Assembly (NCBI GenBank): GCA_963708265.1
Contig: CAVPSC010000003.1
Location: forward strand, 22,857 to 86,856
Length of the DNA: 64,000 bases
Reading direction: 5' to 3'
From: an uncultured Actinomycetes bacterium
Lineage (GTDB): Bacteria; Actinomycetota; Thermoleophilia; Gaiellales; Gaiellaceae
Both the position numbers and the translations under genes were made by a program. The notes beneath the pieces are model-generated. The model had not been told where the DNA came from, did not search any database, and saw only the letters and a program-made list of their open reading frames with translations. Shown here piece after piece: positions 59,578-64,000 of this stretch. The first letter of the stretch is position 1; each line of letters starts with the position of its first letter.

Positions 59578-59602
59578 TCCGCGTCCGAACTAGAGTCGCC
59601 GC

Positions 59603-60436
59603 ATGGCACTCGAGATCGATCTCTCCGGCCGGGTCGCGCTCGTCACGGGAGGCTCGAGGGGCCTCGGGAGGGCGGATGCCCTCACGCTCGCACGTGCCGG
59701 CGCGGACGTGGCGATCGCCGACATCCTCGTCGAGTCGGAGCTCTCCGAGGAAACGGACCGCTGGGGGTCGCTCGCGACGGCCGCCCGCTCGCAGGGCATG
59801 GTGCACACCGAGGAGACCGTCGCCCAGATCCAGGAGCTCGGACGTCGCGCGCTGGCCGTTCGCTGCGACGTCACCGACCGGAACCAGGTCGCCAATGCCG
59901 TCGCGCGCACCGTCGATGAGCTCGGAGCCGTCGACATCCTGGTCAACAACGCTGCCACCCTGGATCACGTCGGCCAGTTCCACGACCAGCGGCCCGAGCT
60001 CTGGGAGCGCGATCTCAGCGTGAATCTGAGCGGGTCGTTCAACTGCGCCCAGGCCGTCTGGCCGCACATGAAGGAGCGCGGCTGGGGGAGGGTCGTGAAC
60101 ATGGCGTCCGTCGCCGGGACGCTCGGCGGCTTCGGTCAGGCCAGCTACTCGACCACGAAGGCGGGTGCGCTCGGCCTGACGCGCACGCTGGCGATGGAAG
60201 GCGCGCGTTACGGGATCACGTGCAACGCGATCATCCCGGGCGTCATCGGGACCGAGGCGTTCCACCTGGCGAACGAGCAGATGAACGAGAGGATCGTCGC
60301 CCGCACGGTCTTCAAGCGACCGGGCGAGCCGCAGGACATCGCGAATGCGGTCGCATTCCTCTGCTCGGACCTCGCCGCCTACGTCACCGGCGTCGGGCTG
60401 TACGTGTCGGGCGGGATCGAGCTCTTCGTCTTCTAA
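59603..60436 (+). CDS. SDR-family oxidoreductase
   Basis: 277 aa. TGGSRGLG, NNAA, YSTTKAG (YxxxK). Confidence 0.88.
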   Translation: MALEIDLSGRVALVTGGSRGLGRADALTLARAGADVAIADILVESELSEETDRWGSLATAARSQGMVHTEETVAQIQELGRRALAVRCDVTDRNQVANAVARTVDELGAVDILVNNAATLDHVGQFHDQRPELWERDLSVNLSGSFNCAQAVWPHMKERGWGRVVNMASVAGTLGGFGQASYSTTKAGALGLTRTLAMEGARYGITCNAIIPGVIGTEAFHLANEQMNERIVARTVFKRPGEPQDIANAVAFLCSDLAAYVTGVGLYVSGGIELFVF

Positions 60437-60589
60437 CGGGCTCGCCACGGGGCACCCCGGCCCACCACCCACTGCGGATTCTAATCCGAAAATGCGCGCG
60501 TGTGTTTGCCGTACTGGCGACAAGTGCGTAACGTCGGCGCGCGCGGTTCACCTGCCCTGACGGGACGGGGCTTTTTCTCTTCCGGGCGG

Positions 60590-60595
60590 TAGAAT
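60590..60595 (+). promoter_or_regulatory. Candidate -10 (TAGAAT) 9 nt upstream of the VanW-family GTG
   Basis: TAnnnT. It is part of a 10-bp inverted repeat with GCGGATTCTA at 60474-60483. Confidence 0.3.
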
Positions 60596-60604
60596 CCGCG
60601 GCCC

Positions 60605-62479
60605 GTGCGTGCCGAGTCGCCCCTCGCCGGATCGAGTGTGCGCCGGCGCGGTCGTCACCGCCCGGTAGCGCTGACGGCTGCCCTGGCAGGGGGCGCCGTC
60701 CTGCTCGTCGCCGTACTCATCGGTCTCGCGTTCGCCGGGCCGCAGCACGAGCTCGCGGCTGGAACCCGGATCGCCGGGGTCCACGTCGGCGGGCTGAGCG
60801 AGCACGCGGCCGTCGCGAAGCTCGAGCAGCGGTTCGCGCGAATCGAGGCGAAGCCTGTCGCCTTCTCGACTGGCCCGAGCTCGTTCTCCTATGCGGCAGA
60901 CCAGCTCGGCGTGCAGCCGAACTGGCGTGCGGCAGTCGCGGCGGCCGCTCACGCGAGCGGCGGTTTCGGCCCGATCAGAGGCTTCCGCCGGCTGCACACG
61001 CGCTTCTTCGGCGCGGAAGTGCTCCCGCCCGTCGCCGTCTCCGATGCCGCGCTCGGGTACGCCCTCGACCAGATGGCCGCCGAGGTCGACCAGCAGCCTC
61101 GGAACGCCGGCCTGGCGCGACACGGCCTGCGGATCGAGACCGAGCGCGAGCGCCTCGGGCGGAGCCTCGATCGCGCCGCGGCCTCCGAGCTCGTGGTGCG
61201 CGAGCTCGCCGCTCTCGAGCGGCCGTCCGGCGTGACCGCGCTTCCGGTACGGACGGTGACGCCACAAGTCACCGCTGCGATGCTCTCGTCCGCCGCCCGG
61301 ACAGCTCGAATCGCCGTCTCGGCTCCCGTCTCGCTGCGATCGACGACGCGGAGCTGGCTCCTGCCCCGCGGCCGGATCGCGTCGTTGCTCGAGCTCCCGC
61401 GAGGAGGCGCAACGCGACTGCAGATCGCCGGCCCCGGTGCGGACGCCTACTTCCGGCAGCTGTCGCGACGCGTGGGGCGGCGTCCCGTCGACGCGCACTT
61501 CGCGACGGCGGGCGAATCGATCACCGTCGTCCCGGCCAAGCACGGCGTCGAGCTCGACGTCCCCGTGACGGCGAGAGCGCTGCTCCGCGCCGCGACCTCG
61601 CGCACGAGTCGAGTCGCACGCCTCGCTGTCGCGACCGCGACGCCCTCCCGCAGCACCGCCGACCTGCTCGCGCTCGGGATCGACCGCCGTATGTCGACCT
61701 ACAAGACCTACAACGCCGGCACCGCCGACCGGATCACGAACCTGCGCCTGGGCGTCGAGGCCCTCGACGACACGCTCGTCGCGCCGGGCAGCACCTTCTC
61801 GCTCAACCGGGCGATCGGCGAGCGGACGGCCGCGCGGGGCTTCAGGCCTGCGCCCGTCATCATCGGCACGGAGTACGCCGAGGAGGTGGGCGGAGGGACC
61901 TCGCAGGTCGCGACGACGACATTCAACGCGGCCTGGGAGGCAGGGCTCGACATCACCGAACGGAACCCGCACGCGCTCTACATCAGCCGCTATCCGCTCG
62001 GCCGGGACGCCACCGTGTACTGGCCGACGCTCGACCTGAAGTTCCGAAACGACACGGAGAAATGGATCCTCGTCAAGGGATACGCCGAGCCCGACGGGAT
62101 CCGCGTCTCGATCTACGGCGGTGAGAAGCGCCGCGTCGTCAGCTCGCCGGGGACCATGGAGACCACGGGGCCGATCCCGGTCAAGCGGGTGAAGGACCCG
62201 ACCCTCGCCAAGGGGACGACCGTCGTCCAGTCGGAGGGCCAGCCGCCGAGTGAGACGTCTGTCACGCGCACCGTCTACGACGTGTCCGGGCACGTTCTCC
62301 GTCACGAGACGTGGAACACGTCGTACAAGGCGGAGGACACGGTCGTCCTCGTCGGTACGAAGGCGCCCCCCAAGCCCAAGGGCAAGGGCGAAGCGCCACC
62401 GCCTCCCGGCACGACGACCGGCACCACGACGACGGGTACGACGACGCGGGGCGGGACTACGACGACGACTCGGCCGTAG
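60605..62479 (+). CDS. VanW-family protein with N-terminal TM anchor, G5-like domain and Thr/Gly-rich tail
   Basis: 624 aa, GTG start. VanW core APGSTFSLNRAIGERTAARGF...GGGTSQVATTTFNAAW. C-terminal PKPKGKGEAPPPPGTTTGTTTTGTTT. Confidence 0.82.
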   Translation: MRAESPLAGSSVRRRGRHRPVALTAALAGGAVLLVAVLIGLAFAGPQHELAAGTRIAGVHVGGLSEHAAVAKLEQRFARIEAKPVAFSTGPSSFSYAADQLGVQPNWRAAVAAAAHASGGFGPIRGFRRLHTRFFGAEVLPPVAVSDAALGYALDQMAAEVDQQPRNAGLARHGLRIETERERLGRSLDRAAASELVVRELAALERPSGVTALPVRTVTPQVTAAMLSSAARTARIAVSAPVSLRSTTRSWLLPRGRIASLLELPRGGATRLQIAGPGADAYFRQLSRRVGRRPVDAHFATAGESITVVPAKHGVELDVPVTARALLRAATSRTSRVARLAVATATPSRSTADLLALGIDRRMSTYKTYNAGTADRITNLRLGVEALDDTLVAPGSTFSLNRAIGERTAARGFRPAPVIIGTEYAEEVGGGTSQVATTTFNAAWEAGLDITERNPHALYISRYPLGRDATVYWPTLDLKFRNDTEKWILVKGYAEPDGIRVSIYGGEKRRVVSSPGTMETTGPIPVKRVKDPTLAKGTTVVQSEGQPPSETSVTRTVYDVSGHVLRHETWNTSYKAEDTVVLVGTKAPPKPKGKGEAPPPPGTTTGTTTTGTTTRGGTTTTTRP

Positions 62480-62873
62480 CGACCGCCTCGGCGAGCCACT
62501 GCGGCACCCGTGTCGGGCGATACGTCTCGCGATCGACCACGGCGTGACTCGTGAAGCCTTCCGCCACGAGCTCGTCCTCGCGGAGGATCGCGTACTCGTA
62601 GCGGAAGCGCGAGCCGCGCAGGTCCCGGCATCGGGCCCAGACGGTGAGACGGTCGTCGAAGTACGCGGCGAGCCGGTAGCGCACGCCCACCTCCGTGGTC
62701 AGGGCCTCGAATCCCTGATCCCGTATCGCCTGGTAGCCGCCCGCGTGCCGCTCGAGGTACTCGACACGCGCGACCTCGAGCCAGACGAGGAAGGCTGCGT
62801 GGTGCGCGACCCCTTGGGCGTCGGTCTCCGCGAACCGCACACGGACCCCGGTCGAGAACGAGAAGCCCTCCAT
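62457..62873 (-). CDS. Acyl-CoA thioesterase (4HBT/YbgC hot-dog fold)
   Basis: 138 aa. VRVRFAETDAQGVAHHAAFLVWLEVARVEYL. Confidence 0.82.
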   Translation of the reverse strand: MEGFSFSTGVRVRFAETDAQGVAHHAAFLVWLEVARVEYLERHAGGYQAIRDQGFEALTTEVGVRYRLAAYFDDRLTVWARCRDLRGSRFRYEYAILREDELVAEGFTSHAVVDRETYRPTRVPQWLAEAVATAESSS

Positions 62874-62884
62874 CGAGGCAACCC

Positions 62885-62890
62885 TAGAAT
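62885..62890 (+). promoter_or_regulatory. Candidate -10 (TAGAAT) placed for a leaderless Sir2 transcript
   Basis: TAnnnT ends 6 nt before GTG 62897. No SD is possible in the 23-nt divergent spacer. Confidence 0.3.
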
Positions 62891-62896
62891 CGACGC

Positions 62897-63622
62897 GTGC
62901 CCGTTGCCGAGCTAGCGGCGCTGATCGCGGCTCGCCAGCCGTGCGTCGTCCTCACAGGAGCGGGCGTGAGCACGGAGAGCGGGATCCCCGACTTCCGCTC
63001 GCCGACAGGCATCTGGGCGGAGGTCGATCCGTTCGAGGTCGCGTCGATCCAGGCGTTCCACCGCGCTCCGGAGCGCGTGTGGGCGTTCTATCGACTGCGG
63101 ATCGAGATGCTCCTCGCGGCTGAGCCGAACGCCGCCCACTTCGCGCTCGCCGAGCTCGAACGGCGCGGTCGCGTCCGCGCCGTCGTGACCCAGAACATCG
63201 ACACGCTCCACACGCGGGCGGGAAGCTGCGACGTCGTCGAAGTCCACGGCTCCATCGGCACGGCCGTCTGTCCTGCCTGCGGATACGTCGAGGACCTCGA
63301 CCGCGTGCTCCTCCAGCTCGATCAGGCGTCCGCGCCCGTCTGCCTCGATTGCGGAGCGGTGCTCAAGCCCGGCGTCACCCTTTTCGGCGAGCTCCTGCCC
63401 GGCGCCGCGTACGGGCGGGCGGCGGCGCTCGCACGGGATGCCGAGCTGATGCTCGTCGTCGGCTCGTCGCTCGAGGTGTGGCCCGTCGCCGGGCTCCCGC
63501 TCGAGGCGCGGGCGCTGGCGATCGTCAACCGGGGGCCGACCGCCCTCGACCACAGGGCGGCGCTGAAGCTCGACGACGCCGCAGGCGAGACGCTCGCCGC
63601 GGTCCTCGAGCTCGTCGGCTAG
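62897..63622 (+). CDS. cobB: NAD-dependent protein deacylase (Sir2/CobB family)
   Basis: 241 aa. LTGAGVSTESGIPDFRSPTGIW, QNIDTLH, Zn Cys pairs CPACG...CLDCG. Confidence 0.9.
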   Translation: MPVAELAALIAARQPCVVLTGAGVSTESGIPDFRSPTGIWAEVDPFEVASIQAFHRAPERVWAFYRLRIEMLLAAEPNAAHFALAELERRGRVRAVVTQNIDTLHTRAGSCDVVEVHGSIGTAVCPACGYVEDLDRVLLQLDQASAPVCLDCGAVLKPGVTLFGELLPGAAYGRAAALARDAELMLVVGSSLEVWPVAGLPLEARALAIVNRGPTALDHRAALKLDDAAGETLAAVLELVG

Positions 63623-63787
63623 CCGAGAAGTGCCCGGAGATCTTCTTCCCGCGCGCGGTGATCGACACCGTCCTGCGGAGGATCTTCCCCTTCGCCGCGA
63701 GCGGCGGACGGTGGGGCAGGTGCGCGATCCTCCCAGTTCGTGCGACTTGTATCAAGTTTCGGGCCGCACATCGCCGCGGAGGCTGAT

Positions 63788-64000
63788 ATGACTTGCGCCA
63801 TGTCCGACGCGAACACGGAGCCCGGCTCGAAGACGTCTGCCGGAGGCGACAAGGACATCGTCACCCGGCTCGCCGATGCAGGCGAGGAGGCGCTGCAGCG
63901 GCTCGTGGAGCTCCCGGGCGGCCAGCGCGCGCTCAGCGCTTTCAACGATCTCCGTACGCGGGTCGACGAGCTCGGGAAGAAGGTACGCGGGATCGACGCG
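63788..64000 (+). CDS. Hypothetical protein, 5' partial (runs off window)
   Basis: ATG 63788 has GGAGG 6 nt upstream. High GC3. MTCAMSDANTEPGSK...VTRLADAGEEALQRLVELPGGQRALSAFNDLRTRVDELGKKV, helical/coiled-coil-like. Confidence 0.55.
   Translation, partial: MTCAMSDANTEPGSKTSAGGDKDIVTRLADAGEEALQRLVELPGGQRALSAFNDLRTRVDELGKKVRGIDA

Noticed and set aside
53574-60436. Integrated mobile element at tRNA-Pro, suggested by an Xis-like HTH on one side and repeats on the other.
   Set aside because: There is no integrase, recombinase or transposase. The tRNA 3' end is not duplicated downstream. No compositional shift is visible, and the downstream genes are ordinary metabolism.

Overview
This is a very GC-rich (about 70% by eye) actinobacterial-type chromosomal segment, dominated by the conserved transcription/translation supercluster.

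Gene order:
- A Zn/Mn ABC transporter, tdk and tRNA-Met.
- rpmG-secE-nusG-rplKA-rplJL-rpoBC.
- A ~7-kb non-ribosomal insert holding a secreted protein, three paralogous TM-GAF-GGDEF proteins and an orphan RskA-like protein.
- rpsLG-fusA-tuf, fused to an almost gap-free S10-spc-alpha block running from rpsJ to rplQ.
- The right third is ordinary accessory/housekeeping: NfeD, P450, truA, HAD, ligA, a peptidoglycan-remodelling trio, fadD, ku, a 58-aa HTH gene and tRNA-Pro with a hairpin and an 86-bp tandem repeat.
- It ends with a TetR-linked CoA-transferase/acyl-CoA-dehydrogenase cluster, VanW, a thioesterase, Sir2 and a partial gene.

I found no rRNA, CRISPR array, transposase, integrase or recognisable defence system.

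Observations I consider most worth follow-up:
1. A 134-bp insertion that splits the rplF/rplR stop-start junction. It has a duplicated 8-mer, a perfect hairpin and a translationally coupled 45-codon ORF.
2. The c-di-GMP gene island between rpoC and rpsL, with one canonical and two degenerate GGDEF proteins.
3. A near-identical 21-bp palindromic operator present in two divergent promoter regions of the TetR/acyl-CoA cluster.
4. An unusually large lineage-specific insertion in beta-prime.
5. Systematic acidic low-complexity tails on ribosomal and RNAP proteins, including a 140-aa N-terminal extension on S17 and a P0-like tail on L10.
6. Absence of infA from its canonical map-rpmJ slot.

Three real genes (rpmG, rpmJ, the 58-aa HTH protein) fall below the ORF-track length cut-off. 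Most long ORFs antisense to conserved genes are GC-driven artefacts. All calls rest on reading the sequence and recalled family motifs; no searches were run.
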